Of a stretch of 64,000 nt of DNA, positions 18,814-29,293 are shown one piece after another. Below the pieces are notes generated by a model, which searched no databases, was not told where the DNA came from, and saw only the letters and a program-made list of their open reading frames with translations. The stretch is from Candidatus Adlerbacteria bacterium (lineage in GTDB: Bacteria; Patescibacteriota; Minisyncoccia; Phycocordibacterales; SBAW01): positions 3,830 to 67,829 of the forward strand of contig CAISEE010000046.1 of NCBI GenBank assembly GCA_903884345.1. The letters run 5' to 3'. A program made the translations under genes and the position numbers. Position 1 is the stretch's first letter. Each line of letters opens with the position of its first letter.

Positions 18814-19791
18814 ATGCACTACCACGACCGAGTGTACGGAGATGCCGAGATTACCGAGGACGTGCTTGTGGCACTCATCGAATCGTCATCGCTCCAGCGC
18901 CTCAAAGACATCGACCAGGCGGGCTACCCCGAGCCCTACTACCCCGGGTCGGCACACTCACGCTTCGAACATTCGATGGGCGTGATGCTCTTGCTCCGCA
19001 GATTCGGCGCATCACTGGAGGAGCAGATCGCTGGACTCATCCACGACGTGTCGCACTCGGCATTCTCGCACTGCATCGACTACGCGCTGGCGGGCGTCGC
19101 TGAAGAGAAGCACTCGCACCAAGATGACATCTTCGAGGGATTCGTGCGCACATCCGAGATTCCCGCCATCTTAGAGCGCCACCACATCGACCTCGAGCGG
19201 ATTCTCGACGACGCGAACTTTCCGCTGAAGGAGCGCGACCTCCCCGATTTGTGCGCCGACCGGATCGACTACTCGCTGCGCCAAGCGGTCGTATGTGGGC
19301 ACATACCCGACGGATCACAATTCTTGCAGAGACTGTCGGCCGAGGATGGTCACTGGGTCTTTGCCGATGTCGAGAGCGCCGCGTCATTCGCAGAACTTTT
19401 TCTTTTGTGCAATACGCGTTACTGGGCAGGACTCACCTCGGCCGTCATGTTTCGCACTGTGGGCGACACACTTAGGCACGCGCTCGCGCAAACATACATC
19501 AGCGAGGCGGACCTCTACACCACCGACGAGGCGGTGCTGCGAAAGATACTGCCGCGCGCGACCGAGGACGCGACGCTCGCGCTCCTCCTTGCCCGCATGA
19601 ACGGCGAGGTCGGCTACACCAACGACCCCGACGATTTCACGGCGCGCGTCTCGTGCAAATCGCGCGCCGTCGACCCACTATGCCGCAACGAGGGCGAGGT
19701 GTGCCGACTCTCGGACGTGAGACCAGAATGGAAAAATACACTGACGCAAGAATCCACACCCAAGGAATATTTTCTGAAATTCGAGCGCTAG
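18814..19791 (+). CDS. HD-domain phosphohydrolase (dNTPase-like)
   Basis: LQRLKDIDQ, HSRFEHSMGV, HDVSHSAFSH, ADRIDY. Confidence 0.92.
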   Translation: MHYHDRVYGDAEITEDVLVALIESSSLQRLKDIDQAGYPEPYYPGSAHSRFEHSMGVMLLLRRFGASLEEQIAGLIHDVSHSAFSHCIDYALAGVAEEKHSHQDDIFEGFVRTSEIPAILERHHIDLERILDDANFPLKERDLPDLCADRIDYSLRQAVVCGHIPDGSQFLQRLSAEDGHWVFADVESAASFAELFLLCNTRYWAGLTSAVMFRTVGDTLRHALAQTYISEADLYTTDEAVLRKILPRATEDATLALLLARMNGEVGYTNDPDDFTARVSCKSRAVDPLCRNEGEVCRLSDVRPEWKNTLTQESTPKEYFLKFER

Positions 19792-19846
19792 CGCGATAAA
19801 AAAAGAAAGCGGCGCGACCCAGGGATAGGGTTGCGCCGCGCACGCG

Positions 19847-20359
19847 TTACGCCGTAGCAAAGAGCAACTCATTCGATTGCGAGAACAAATTATTGGGCGC
19901 AAAGACAAAGAACCAGGCGCACGTCGCCGCCCGCGCGGACTCGAGCAGCTCGTGCATCTCGTCCTCTCTGACGAGGCGAAACTCGTTATACCGCTCCACC
20001 GCAACATCGCGCGACAGCAAAAACGCCTGCTCAAGTTTCTCGACTGCGAGTCTCTTTGTTTCCGCTTCGAGCCTTGAGACTTCCGCATTCGCCCGTTCAG
20101 CCTTGAAGATTCGTATCATGCGCACAACTCGCCACCGACTCGCCTCAACCTGAGCGAACACCGTTTCACTCACTGCAGTTTGTTTTGACAGACGCCGAAC
20201 CGCCTCGGTCAAATGGCCGTCAACATCATTAATCCGGATGATTGTTTTGATGCTGCTACCGTCGCGTGCACGCTCGTCAGCCTCCCGCGTAATCGCCTCA
20301 ACTGACTTGCCTTGGTAGTGCAGGTGAAAGAATGCGATTTGAACCAGATTTGCCGACAT
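19847..20359 (-). CDS. Hypothetical protein
   Basis: GGAG SD upstream, coiled-coil segment, terminator-like hairpin near 19800-19840. Confidence 0.55.
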   Translation of the reverse strand: MSANLVQIAFFHLHYQGKSVEAITREADERARDGSSIKTIIRINDVDGHLTEAVRRLSKQTAVSETVFAQVEASRWRVVRMIRIFKAERANAEVSRLEAETKRLAVEKLEQAFLLSRDVAVERYNEFRLVREDEMHELLESARAATCAWFFVFAPNNLFSQSNELLFATA

Positions 20360-20481
20360 AACACTCATCTCCGGTGGTTTGAGGAAATATTCTGCAACCA
20401 CTATGCCACAAACCGAGCGAAATGGGAAGCTACAAGAAAAACGCCACCCGAGAGCCGGGTGGCGTGAAGTCGTGGGAACTT

Positions 20482-22846
20482 TTATGCAGTGTTTGTTTGC
20501 CGTGGGAAGATCAGCCGAACCGGTTTCTTCGGGAGTCGCGCAAGGAACCGAAGAGCCGGCCAACGGAGGCGACGCATTGCGCGTGTGCGAAGCGGTTCAC
20601 CTCCCTGCTCGCCCCGCAGGTCGATCTGAAGCGTGACGTACGTCGTCGCCGACGGCGGCACACCCAGATGCTCGGGCAGCGTCTGCACGTGTTTGCGAAT
20701 CCACAGGAACGTTCGCACGAGCAGTCTCGTGTGCCACACCGTCTCCTCATCGATCTCGATGAGCGGACGATGTACGACCACCATCACCTTAACCGCGCCG
20801 ACGCAAGAATGCCGCTCGGCGTTGTAAAGTGCGACACCAAGATAGTGCAGCACCGACACGAGAAACGGCGGGTCATTCCATCCTTGAAAGATGGTGACCA
20901 GCACGATCTTTCGTTTGGCACCGATTCCCAGCTGGTGCTCGGGATGCCGCGTCACTTGGGGTTGCGCCCAACCGAGGAACTACTCGACCGACAAGCCGTC
21001 TTTAACGCGTTTTGGCGCGATCTCCAGCGCTTTTTTAGCCCAACGTCGAAGCTGGGAGAGCGGCGCCATTTCGGGAGGCAGGTCGCGCAGCGGTATCTCG
21101 AAACTCGACACGAGCTCGTGATTCTCGAAGATCTGAACCTGTGCCACCGGCTTGTCGATCGGCACATGCGCCCGGCGAATCCGGTCGATGTGCACGAAGA
21201 CGGCGGTTTGCGGCATCCCCCTCCAGTCATCCAAGTAGTGATAGAACGCGAGCGGGACGTTACCGTCCATACTGGCGGCCCCGGCACATAGGAAAACGCG
21301 CATGACCGGCGTGTGGACGAAGGGCGTCTTCTCGTCGTGGTTGATGATGTGCGCGAAGGTGTCCACTTTTTCCTTTGCCTCGGCATCATCCACGATCTTT
21401 CGACCCATCCCCCACACCGCCATCGCCGACGTAAACAGCACCATGCTGCCAAGCGGGATGAGGCCCAACGGGCTGTCGAGCAGTTTGGAGTAGGCACCGA
21501 GCGTGAGGATGATGATGAACACCCCGCACACATCGATCAGCCACACGTAGCGACATCCGTGTTCGCGATAGTACCGGCGAACGAGCGTGTAGGTAATGCT
21601 CATCCCCGTCCCCACCGCCATCCCGTACGCGAACGTCATCGCATCAGGGTCGGGGAAGATCAGCACGAAACTGATCGCCCCAATAAGGAGGAACGTGTTG
21701 ATGGTCGGCACGTAGACCTGAGACGCATTCTCGTCGGAAGTGCAAGTGACCTTCGCGCGGGGTGCGAGCCCTAGTCGCACCGCTTGCGCCACGAGACTGA
21801 AGCAACCCGTGAAGAGCGCCTGCGAGGCGATGAACGCCGCCGCCACCGCGAGCGCTACCATGAACGTGAGCACGTACTCATTGTCCTGGTAGAGCGCGAA
21901 GAACGGCGACTCCTTGTAACCGTAGCCTGCAAGCAATGCACCCTGCCCCGCGTAGTTGACGATGAGGCCGCACATGACGAGCGTGCACGCAGCCATGATG
22001 GGGCCGCGACCGAAGTGCCCCATGTCTGCATAGAGCGCCTCGCCGCCGGTTACCGCCAAGAGCACCGTACCGAACACGGCGAGCGAGGCGGTCACCGTCG
22101 CACCAAAAAATGGAGAGCGATTTCCACCACGGCAGATCGTGCGTCAGGAGACTCCACATGCAGTCGAAGCGAAGCGGTGCCTGCAGGATGCCCGGGTGCG
22201 ACATAATCTGCGGCATACCGCCCCACACCAGCATGAAGAACCACCCCAGCATAATCGGGCCGAACATCGTGCCGATCTTGCTACTGCCCTTCTTCTGAAT
22301 CCAGGCAAGCACGATGAGTGCCAGGACAGCGAGCGCCTTGGCGATCGAGTGGCCGATCATGAGACGTTGCGCCTCGACTCCCGTGTCGGTCGCGGGGAGC
22401 GCGAGCCATCCTTCGTCGGTGCCGTAGTGCTGCACCATGACGGTAAGCGCCACGAACGCCGGGACACTGAGGAGCCCCCACCATGCCGACAGAATCGAAA
22501 TGGCCGGGGTGATCTGACCGTCCGAGATGACGCCCGAGATGCCGACGCGCGCCCACCACTTGTCGATTTTACGTTTGGATATGCTGTAGAGCACGGTGAT
22601 GCCACCGTCCCCTTGCTGATTGATTCGCAGCACGACCGCACAGTAAAACCCGACGATGCCAAAGAGTGTCACGAAGATGAGGCCGACTGCCCCGTAGACA
22701 TGCTCCTTGGTGTAGAAGCTGGGGTCGGGCCCCAGCATGGCGGTTAAGACATAGAGCGGTGAGGTGCCGATGTCGCCAAAGACGACGCCGAGCGATTGAA
22801 ACGCGAGCGTAAAGAACGCCGCGAGACATACTGTCTTGTGCGACAT
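20482..22846 (-). pseudogene. kup: KUP/HAK/KT potassium transporter with a frameshift and an in-frame TAG
   Basis: LGVVFGDIGTSPLY, then DGQITPAISILSA, then a frameshift at A6 22105-22110, then TGGEALYADMGHFG. In-frame TAG at 20980-20982 is followed by a Kup-like C-terminus (FLWIRKH...HLGVPP...LQIDL). Confidence 0.88.
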
Positions 22847-22949
22847 GCGTCCAACTCCTTATTGTTTTAGAAGGACATGTGCCACACGAATACCGCGTGG
22901 CTCTGCGGGGAGTTTTACCACACAGACGAGCTTCTGACAACGGTCTTTG

Positions 22950-23327
22950 CTACATCGACAGGTACAGGAGTGCGAGGCCGAGGAGAATGCACGCGACCGC
23001 GCTCCAGATGAGGATGCCGCCGCGCACGACACGTGAGTAAAATGAAACGAGGCATTTCGGCGCCGCGAGAATCGCCACACCCTTGATGAGGGCGAGCCAG
23101 CCCAAAACCGTGATAAAGAGCGGGAGCCCGGTAGTCCACACATTGTTGAGCGCGACCATAACGGCACCCATCGACAGAGCGGCGAACCCGGCGAACCACA
23201 GCGACCCTTCGTCCCCCACCGTGCGAGCGATTGCCGAAGCAGCACCCTTTCTGTTAAGCAGCACCGACACCCCGACGAGCGAGAAGAGAATACCGAGCGA
23301 CCGAGCGAGCACAAGCGTTGTATACAT
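22950..23327 (-). CDS. Four-TM membrane protein
   Basis: Hydrophobic; NNVW...ITVLGWLALIKG. Confidence 0.8.
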   Translation of the reverse strand: MYTTLVLARSLGILFSLVGVSVLLNRKGAASAIARTVGDEGSLWFAGFAALSMGAVMVALNNVWTTGLPLFITVLGWLALIKGVAILAAPKCLVSFYSRVVRGGILIWSAVACILLGLALLYLSM

Positions 23328-23425
23328 AGCGTGAAATTAGTATATAAAGACACTGTAAGTATACCCCCGACCGCGCGCCAAAAAGGAGTTCTGCACCGCC
23401 CAGAAATTTGCTACCATAGGTGGGT

Positions 23426-24100
23426 ATGCTGAAGATTATTTTGGGGATTTTAGCAGGATGCATCGTCGTCTTGGGTGTGTACTTCGCCGAAACCGGCGGC
23501 CCGACGCCAAACGACGCGACACCCACCAACACGACGGTCGTCTCCCCCGCGACCACACGGGCGACGGGCACGAGCACCGCGACGACTACTACTAATAAAC
23601 AGACCAAGAACATGGACACCATATCTCAGGCGACGCTCCACACCAGCATGGGCGATATTACGATCGCGTTTTTACCTAAGCAGGCACCCAACACCGTCGC
23701 CAATTTCATCAAACTCGCGCAGAGCGGATTTTACGACGGCACGAAGTTTCACCGCGTCATTAAAAACTTCATGGACCAGGGCGGCGACCCGCTCACCAAG
23801 GATGACTCAAAGATGGCGATCTGGGGCACCGGCGGCCCGGGCTACCAAATGAGTGATGAGATCGGCCCGACCAACAGCAACCTCGCGGGCACAATCGCGA
23901 TGGCCAACTCGGGGCCCAACACCGCGGGCAGTCAGTTCTTCATCAATGCAGTCGACAACCCCAGCCTCAACAGCGGCTACACCGTCTTTGGCCACGTCGT
24001 CGCGGGCATGAATGTCGTATTGGAGATCAACAACACGGCGACCGACGGCCGCGATCGACCGCTGACGCCGGTCGTCCTCACCAGCGTCACGCTCAAGTAA
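23426..24100 (+). CDS. Cyclophilin-type peptidyl-prolyl isomerase with an N-terminal anchor
   Basis: FYDGTKFHRVI, QGGDP, AMANSGPNTAGSQFFI. Confidence 0.96.
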   Translation: MLKIILGILAGCIVVLGVYFAETGGPTPNDATPTNTTVVSPATTRATGTSTATTTTNKQTKNMDTISQATLHTSMGDITIAFLPKQAPNTVANFIKLAQSGFYDGTKFHRVIKNFMDQGGDPLTKDDSKMAIWGTGGPGYQMSDEIGPTNSNLAGTIAMANSGPNTAGSQFFINAVDNPSLNSGYTVFGHVVAGMNVVLEINNTATDGRDRPLTPVVLTSVTLK

Positions 24101-24113
24101 TCGAGAGCGAGAC

Positions 24114-24144
24114 AAAAAACCCGACCAGTTGGTCGGGGTTTTTT
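24114..24144. terminator. Bidirectional intrinsic terminator
   Basis: AAAAAACCCGACC-agtt-GGTCGGGGTTTTTT between convergent genes. Confidence 0.85.
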
Positions 24145-24152
24145 AGTGCTTC

Positions 24153-24656
24153 TTAGCGCAGCAGCATCCACCCGATGAGCGCCCAAATAATGAGCATGAT
24201 GACCACGAGCGCAATCTTGGCCTGAGTCTCGGTCTTGACCAGGTGCGTCTTGAGGAGCAGTCCGATGAGACCGCCCGGGTTCTGCGCGCCGGATTCACCA
24301 AGCGACGCCATGTACTCGGGTGCCCCGGCGTTTGCGTTTTGCTTTTGCGCGTCGCGGTGGCGCTGCATTTCGGCGAGGAACTCCTTCGGATCTTTGGTGT
24401 TAAATGACGAATCCTCGGCCGCAACCTCCTCGTCGCCCTGATGCGGCACCATGAGGCCGATGAGGTTCCCTTCCTCCTCGGCAGCAGCGGGAGCCTCCGC
24501 CTGCGGCGCAGGCGACTCGACGGCGAATGTGGCGAAGGTGTCTGCAACATCGGCATCGGCCCACCCCGCCGCCTTGAGCGACTGTTCGATGTCGGGCCGC
24601 GCGAAGCCTGCCTCTAAATTTTGTTTGATGTAGTCGACTAATTCTTGTCTCACCAT
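24153..24656 (-). CDS. Hypothetical protein with a C-terminal TM
   Basis: N-terminal LVDYIKQ...LKAAGW helical module, acidic linker, C-terminal TM. Confidence 0.75.
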   Translation of the reverse strand: MVRQELVDYIKQNLEAGFARPDIEQSLKAAGWADADVADTFATFAVESPAPQAEAPAAAEEEGNLIGLMVPHQGDEEVAAEDSSFNTKDPKEFLAEMQRHRDAQKQNANAGAPEYMASLGESGAQNPGGLIGLLLKTHLVKTETQAKIALVVIMLIIWALIGWMLLR

Positions 24657-24668
24657 GGTCGCGACGGT

Positions 24669-25136
24669 CTAGAAGTAAAGCGTATGGATGGTCAGCGTGA
24701 ACGAAAACACCGTACTGATGATCGTGTACCCATAGAGCGCGAGGTACGGGATGCCCCACGTTCGAAGCACGTGTCGGTGGCGCAGCATCTCCTGCCCCGT
24801 CAATACGAACAAATACGACGCCGCGAGGAAGATGACGACGTGGAGCACGAGGTACGCAGTCGCGAGAGCCTCAGCGAGCGAGGATTCGGGTCGATGGACG
24901 AAATAGAAGAAACGCAGACTCAGTACCCAGAGGACAAATACGAGCGCCGCAAGAAACATATCCCGACTCGAGCTGAGTACCTTTTTCATATATGCGTCCA
25001 GTATAGCACGCACGGAGTGTGGTATCGGGAACGTCTGCATCTCCTCTGCGACTCGCGCCCACACGGCCGCGCGCTCCATCGGTGACAGCCGAATCTGCGC
25101 GATTTCATCGAGAAATTGTTCGTCAAATGGATTCAT
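24669..25136 (-). CDS. Putative membrane anti-sigma factor
   Basis: Overlaps the ECF sigma 3' end; N-terminal helices followed by three TMs. Confidence 0.55.
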   Translation of the reverse strand: MNPFDEQFLDEIAQIRLSPMERAAVWARVAEEMQTFPIPHSVRAILDAYMKKVLSSSRDMFLAALVFVLWVLSLRFFYFVHRPESSLAEALATAYLVLHVVIFLAASYLFVLTGQEMLRHRHVLRTWGIPYLALYGYTIISTVFSFTLTIHTLYF

Positions 25137-25665
25137 GGTGGGATGCAGGCTCGAGCAACGCGCTGAGCTTTTTGAGACCGCGATGGATGCGCACCGACAC
25201 GGCGTTCTCGCGCTCGCCCAGGCACGCCGCTATCTCCTGCGGAGAAAGACCATCAATATAGCGCATGATGAGTGTCTCGCGATATCGCTGGGGCAGGCGC
25301 GCGAGACAGTCGACGGCGCGCCGACCGTCGAGGCGATCAATCGCAGCCTCGAGCGTGTTGGTGTCGTCCTTGGGCAGACGCGAATCGAGCGCCTCGCCGT
25401 CATCCTCCTCAATCATCGCCTCAAGCGAGAGTGTCTTGTGCCGACGGTACTCGTCGATCACCAAATGCCGAAGCGTCATGTAGAGGAATGGTCGATACTC
25501 GCGCACGGGTCTGCCCTGCGCCAGGTGCCGCCAGGTGCGCAGAAACGTCTCTTGCACAAGGTCGAGCGCCCGCTCGCGATCGGACACGCGCAGATACGCG
25601 AAGCGAAACAGCTCGTCCCCATGCCGCCGAAACGCGTCTTCAAATTGCTTTTCGATGTGTGCCAT
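25123..25665 (-). CDS. ECF RNA polymerase sigma factor
   Basis: DLVQETFLRTW (region 2), GLSPQEIA...VSVRIHRG (region 4). Confidence 0.95.
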   Translation of the reverse strand: MAHIEKQFEDAFRRHGDELFRFAYLRVSDRERALDLVQETFLRTWRHLAQGRPVREYRPFLYMTLRHLVIDEYRRHKTLSLEAMIEEDDGEALDSRLPKDDTNTLEAAIDRLDGRRAVDCLARLPQRYRETLIMRYIDGLSPQEIAACLGERENAVSVRIHRGLKKLSALLEPASHHESI

Positions 25666-25778
25666 ACGGTATGACGCACGGAAAGTCATTTTCTTTCTCG
25701 TGCGTCATTAACCTCTACCACAGCTGTCTGAAAGGCAGTTCAGCTACATGAATGGGTCACGCAAAAAGCTGCTCCGTA

Positions 25779-26972
25779 CTACCGAATCGCTTTCGCCACC
25801 GCCTCGGCGATGCCCTTCTCGAACGGCCCGGGGATGATTTTTTGTTTGGTGGGCTTCGGCACCAGTGCCGCCAAATTCTTGGCTGCTTTGAGTTTCATCG
25901 CGTCGGTAATGGCCGACACTTTGTGATCGAGCGCCCCGCGAAAGACGCCCGGGAAGACGAGCGAGTTATTGATCTGATTGGGATAGTCGGAGCGCCCCGA
26001 TGCCACGATTGCCGCCCCTGCCGCCAGTGCCGCCTCGGGAGAAATTTCGGGCGTGGGATTAGCCAGCGCGAAGATGATCGCATCCTTAGCCATGAGCGCG
26101 ATATGCTCGCTTGAAATAAGGTTCGGCCCCGAGACCCCGATGACGACGTCGGCCTCGTTGAGTGCCGCCGCAAGGTCGCCCGAGATGCCGCGCGGATTGG
26201 TCATGCTTGCGAGCTCGAGTTTGTGTTCGGCAAGCCCCGTGCGTGCCTCGTCGAGGATGCCGTGGCTATCGAGCACAATGACGTCTTGAATACCTGCAAG
26301 CACAAGGAGTTTTGCAATCGCCGTCCCTGCCGCCCCGGCACCAAGGATGACGATGCGCAGCCCCGCGAATTTCTTGCCCACAACTTTTGCTGCATTAATG
26401 AGCGCTGCCGTCGCCGCGATCGCGGTGCCGTGCTGATCGTCGTGCATGACCGGGATTGCGAGCCGCTCCTTGATGCGCGCCTCGATCGCAAAGCAGTTGG
26501 GAGCCGCGAAGTCCTCGAGGTTGATGCCGCCGAAGCCGGGCGCAAGCGCACACACCGTCTCGACGATCTGGTCGACGTTTTGCGTGTCGAGCACAATCGG
26601 GAAGGCGTCGACATCGCCGAAGGTTTTAAAAAGCGCGCACTTCCCCTCCATGACCGGGAGCGCCCCATAGGGCCCGATGTTGCCAAGCCCCAAGACCGCC
26701 GAGCCGTCCGAGATGACCGCGACCATCCGCCCTTTTATGGTGTAGTCGCGCGCCGCCTTCATCTGCTCGTGCTCCGAACCTTTAGCGACGAGGAGCGACA
26801 CTGCGGCCACCCCCGGCGTGTAGACGAGCGAAAGGTCGTCGCGGGACTTTACGGCCATGGTAGGCGTGATGCGAATCTTCCCCTGGAGTTTTTTATGGAG
26901 CGCGATGGCAAGCTTCGCGGTGTCGGGTTTTCGAACTGCTGTTTTGATCGGTTTTTTGGGTGTTTTTTTCAT
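25779..26972 (-). CDS. NAD(P)-dependent malic enzyme
   Basis: YTPGVA, PVMEGK, INLEDF, HDDQHGT, GAGAAG, GRSDYPNQINN. Confidence 0.96.
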   Translation of the reverse strand: MKKTPKKPIKTAVRKPDTAKLAIALHKKLQGKIRITPTMAVKSRDDLSLVYTPGVAAVSLLVAKGSEHEQMKAARDYTIKGRMVAVISDGSAVLGLGNIGPYGALPVMEGKCALFKTFGDVDAFPIVLDTQNVDQIVETVCALAPGFGGINLEDFAAPNCFAIEARIKERLAIPVMHDDQHGTAIAATAALINAAKVVGKKFAGLRIVILGAGAAGTAIAKLLVLAGIQDVIVLDSHGILDEARTGLAEHKLELASMTNPRGISGDLAAALNEADVVIGVSGPNLISSEHIALMAKDAIIFALANPTPEISPEAALAAGAAIVASGRSDYPNQINNSLVFPGVFRGALDHKVSAITDAMKLKAAKNLAALVPKPTKQKIIPGPFEKGIAEAVAKAIR

Positions 26973-27010
26973 GCCCCCAGTGTAGCAGAATTACTTGGTA
27001 TCATGGAGGG

Positions 27011-29269
27011 ATGGAACTGACCGACTCGGTAACGCAGTACTTCCGCCTTGTGCCCTCGCAAAAAGACGCGCTCCACAAGCTCGGCATCCGCACTGTGCGC
27101 GACCTCCTCTTTCACTTCCCCTTTCGCTATGAGGCCGCCGGCGAGCAATCGACCGTCGCGTCGCTGGAGCCCGGCCAAGAAATCACCCTGGTGGGTGTGC
27201 TTGAAAAGCTAGCGGCGAAAAAATTGTGGCACAGCAAAATGCCCGCGACCGAAGGGTTCTTGCGCGACCAAACCGGCCGCATCAAAGTGCGCTGGTTTAA
27301 TCAACCCTACATCGCCAAAATGTACGGCGAGGGTGCGCTCGTGCAGGCCGTCGGAAAAGTTGCCGGCAAACCCGGCAACCTGTATTTGGCTAATCCAAAA
27401 CTCGAACGAGTGACCTTGAGCGAGAGCGGCCTCTTCGAAAAAACAGAACCCGTCGTGCAGTTGAGCGAGCAGCGACATCCCGCAGAGAACGGTCTGGCCG
27501 AGCGCAGCGAGGAGACCCGAGGACCTTCTCGGAGGGATGGCGCTGCGAGCGATTCTTCATCGAGTGCAGATAAACTTTTCGCGCAGTACCCCGAGAGTCG
27601 CGGTATCACGTCGCTGTGGTTTCGCCACGCAATCGAGCGATTGATCGCCGCCGATATTCTCGACGCAATCGAAGACCCCATCCCCGACGACATCCTCGCG
27701 CGCTACCATCTGCCCTCGCAAAAAGCGGCGCTCCTGTATATGCACGTACCCAAGGCACTGAAAGACGCCGAGGCTGCGCGCAAACGATTTTCCTTCGAGG
27801 AGATTTTTTTGATCCAACTTGCGCGACAAAAAGAGCGCCTCGCGGGATTGCGCGAAATAAGTTTCGCCGTCGACGCACCGCAACGCGACGTCGACTCATT
27901 CGTCTCATCCTTCCCCTTCACCGCAACCCCGGCGCAGACGCGCGCCATCAAAGCCATCCTCACCGACATGCGAACAGGGCACCCGATGTCGCGCCTGCTT
28001 GAGGGCGATGTGGGCTCGGGCAAAACAGCGGTTGCCGCGACCGCCGCCTACGCCGCCGTGCGCACCAAACCCGAGGGCCAAAAATCGGGCACACTCCAGG
28101 TCGCCTACATGGCGCCGACCGAAATCTTGGCCAAGCAACACTTCGAGTCGTTCATCAATTACTTCGAACACTTCCCCATCAACATCGGCCTCATCACCGG
28201 GAGCGGCTGCTACAAATTTCCCTCCAAAGTGAATCGCGAAAAAGCGACGCCGATCTCGCGTGCACAACTCCTCAAGTGGGTGGCCTCGGGCGAGATCGCT
28301 ATCCTCATCGGCACGCACGCGCTCATCGAGGCGTCGGTCCAATTCAAACACCTGGGGCTCGTGGTCATCGACGAACAACATCGCTTCGGCACCAACCAAC
28401 GCCGCAAGCTCGCGCGCAAAGAGGCACGCCTGCCGCACCTCCTCTCGATGACGGCCACCCCCATCCCGCGGACGCTCGCACTCACGATCTACGGCGACCT
28501 TGACCTCACCCTCCTTGACCAAATGCCGCGCGGGCGCAAACCCATCATCACCGAAGTGGTGAAACCCGAGGGGCGCGCGGTGGCCTACGAGCGCATTCGC
28601 GAAGAACTGAGAAACGGCCGCCAAGCCTACGTCATTTGCCCGCGCATCGACGAGCCCGACCCCGAGAAGGCCTTCGCGCTCATGGCAAAGTCGGTCACCG
28701 CCGAGGCGAAACGACTAAAGAAAGATGTCTTCCCCGAATACACCATCGACATTCTCCACAGCAAAATGAAACCCGCCGAGAAAGACGAGGTGATGGCGCG
28801 CTTCGCCGCGCACGAGGTCGACATCCTGGTTGCAACCTCGGTGGTCGAAGTTGGGGTCAACGTCCCCAACGCGACGATGATCTTCATCGAGGGTGCCGAG
28901 CGCTTCGGCCTCTCGCAGCTCCACCAATTGCGCGGCCGCGTCGTGCGCAGCAATCACCAGGCGTACTGCTTCGTCTGCCCCGAGTCGCGCGGCGAGCACA
29001 CGCTCGCGCGCCTCAAAGCCCTAGTGACAGCAAAAAACGGATTCGAATTAGCCGAGCAAGACCTCTTGCAGCGCGGCCCGGGCGAACTGTCGGGTCGCAA
29101 ACAGTGGGGCATCTCAGACGTCGGTATGGAAGCATTAAAGAATCTGAAATTGGTCGAAGCCGCCCGCACCGAGGCGTTGGCGCTCCTTAAAAAAGATGAG
29201 TCACTCGCCAAGCATCCGCGCTTGGCCGCACACCTCGCCAATCAGATGCGCGCGCTTCATTTCGAGTAG
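27011..29269 (+). CDS. recG: ATP-dependent DNA helicase RecG
   Basis: GDVGSGKT, DEQHRFG, MTATPIPRTL, QLHQLRGRV; contains a ~38-codon insert. Confidence 0.97.
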   Translation: MELTDSVTQYFRLVPSQKDALHKLGIRTVRDLLFHFPFRYEAAGEQSTVASLEPGQEITLVGVLEKLAAKKLWHSKMPATEGFLRDQTGRIKVRWFNQPYIAKMYGEGALVQAVGKVAGKPGNLYLANPKLERVTLSESGLFEKTEPVVQLSEQRHPAENGLAERSEETRGPSRRDGAASDSSSSADKLFAQYPESRGITSLWFRHAIERLIAADILDAIEDPIPDDILARYHLPSQKAALLYMHVPKALKDAEAARKRFSFEEIFLIQLARQKERLAGLREISFAVDAPQRDVDSFVSSFPFTATPAQTRAIKAILTDMRTGHPMSRLLEGDVGSGKTAVAATAAYAAVRTKPEGQKSGTLQVAYMAPTEILAKQHFESFINYFEHFPINIGLITGSGCYKFPSKVNREKATPISRAQLLKWVASGEIAILIGTHALIEASVQFKHLGLVVIDEQHRFGTNQRRKLARKEARLPHLLSMTATPIPRTLALTIYGDLDLTLLDQMPRGRKPIITEVVKPEGRAVAYERIREELRNGRQAYVICPRIDEPDPEKAFALMAKSVTAEAKRLKKDVFPEYTIDILHSKMKPAEKDEVMARFAAHEVDILVATSVVEVGVNVPNATMIFIEGAERFGLSQLHQLRGRVVRSNHQAYCFVCPESRGEHTLARLKALVTAKNGFELAEQDLLQRGPGELSGRKQWGISDVGMEALKNLKLVEAARTEALALLKKDESLAKHPRLAAHLANQMRALHFE
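27456..27568. repeat. Nested palindromic element inside recG
   Basis: GCAGCGaCATCCC...GGGATGgCGCTGC outer stem, with inner GGTCT/AGACC and CCGAG/CTCGG hairpins. Confidence 0.65.
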
Positions 29270-29293
29270 CGAGTGCGGTATAGTCCAGAGCGA

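Noticed and set aside
20980-20982. Genome-wide stop-codon reassignment (TAG, or TGA as in code 25)
   Set aside because: TAG and TGA end conserved genes at expected positions (recG, glmS, comF, S14).
22847-22949. c-di-AMP (ydaO) riboswitch before kup
   Set aside because: Only a short leader with one hairpin; consensus motifs are absent.
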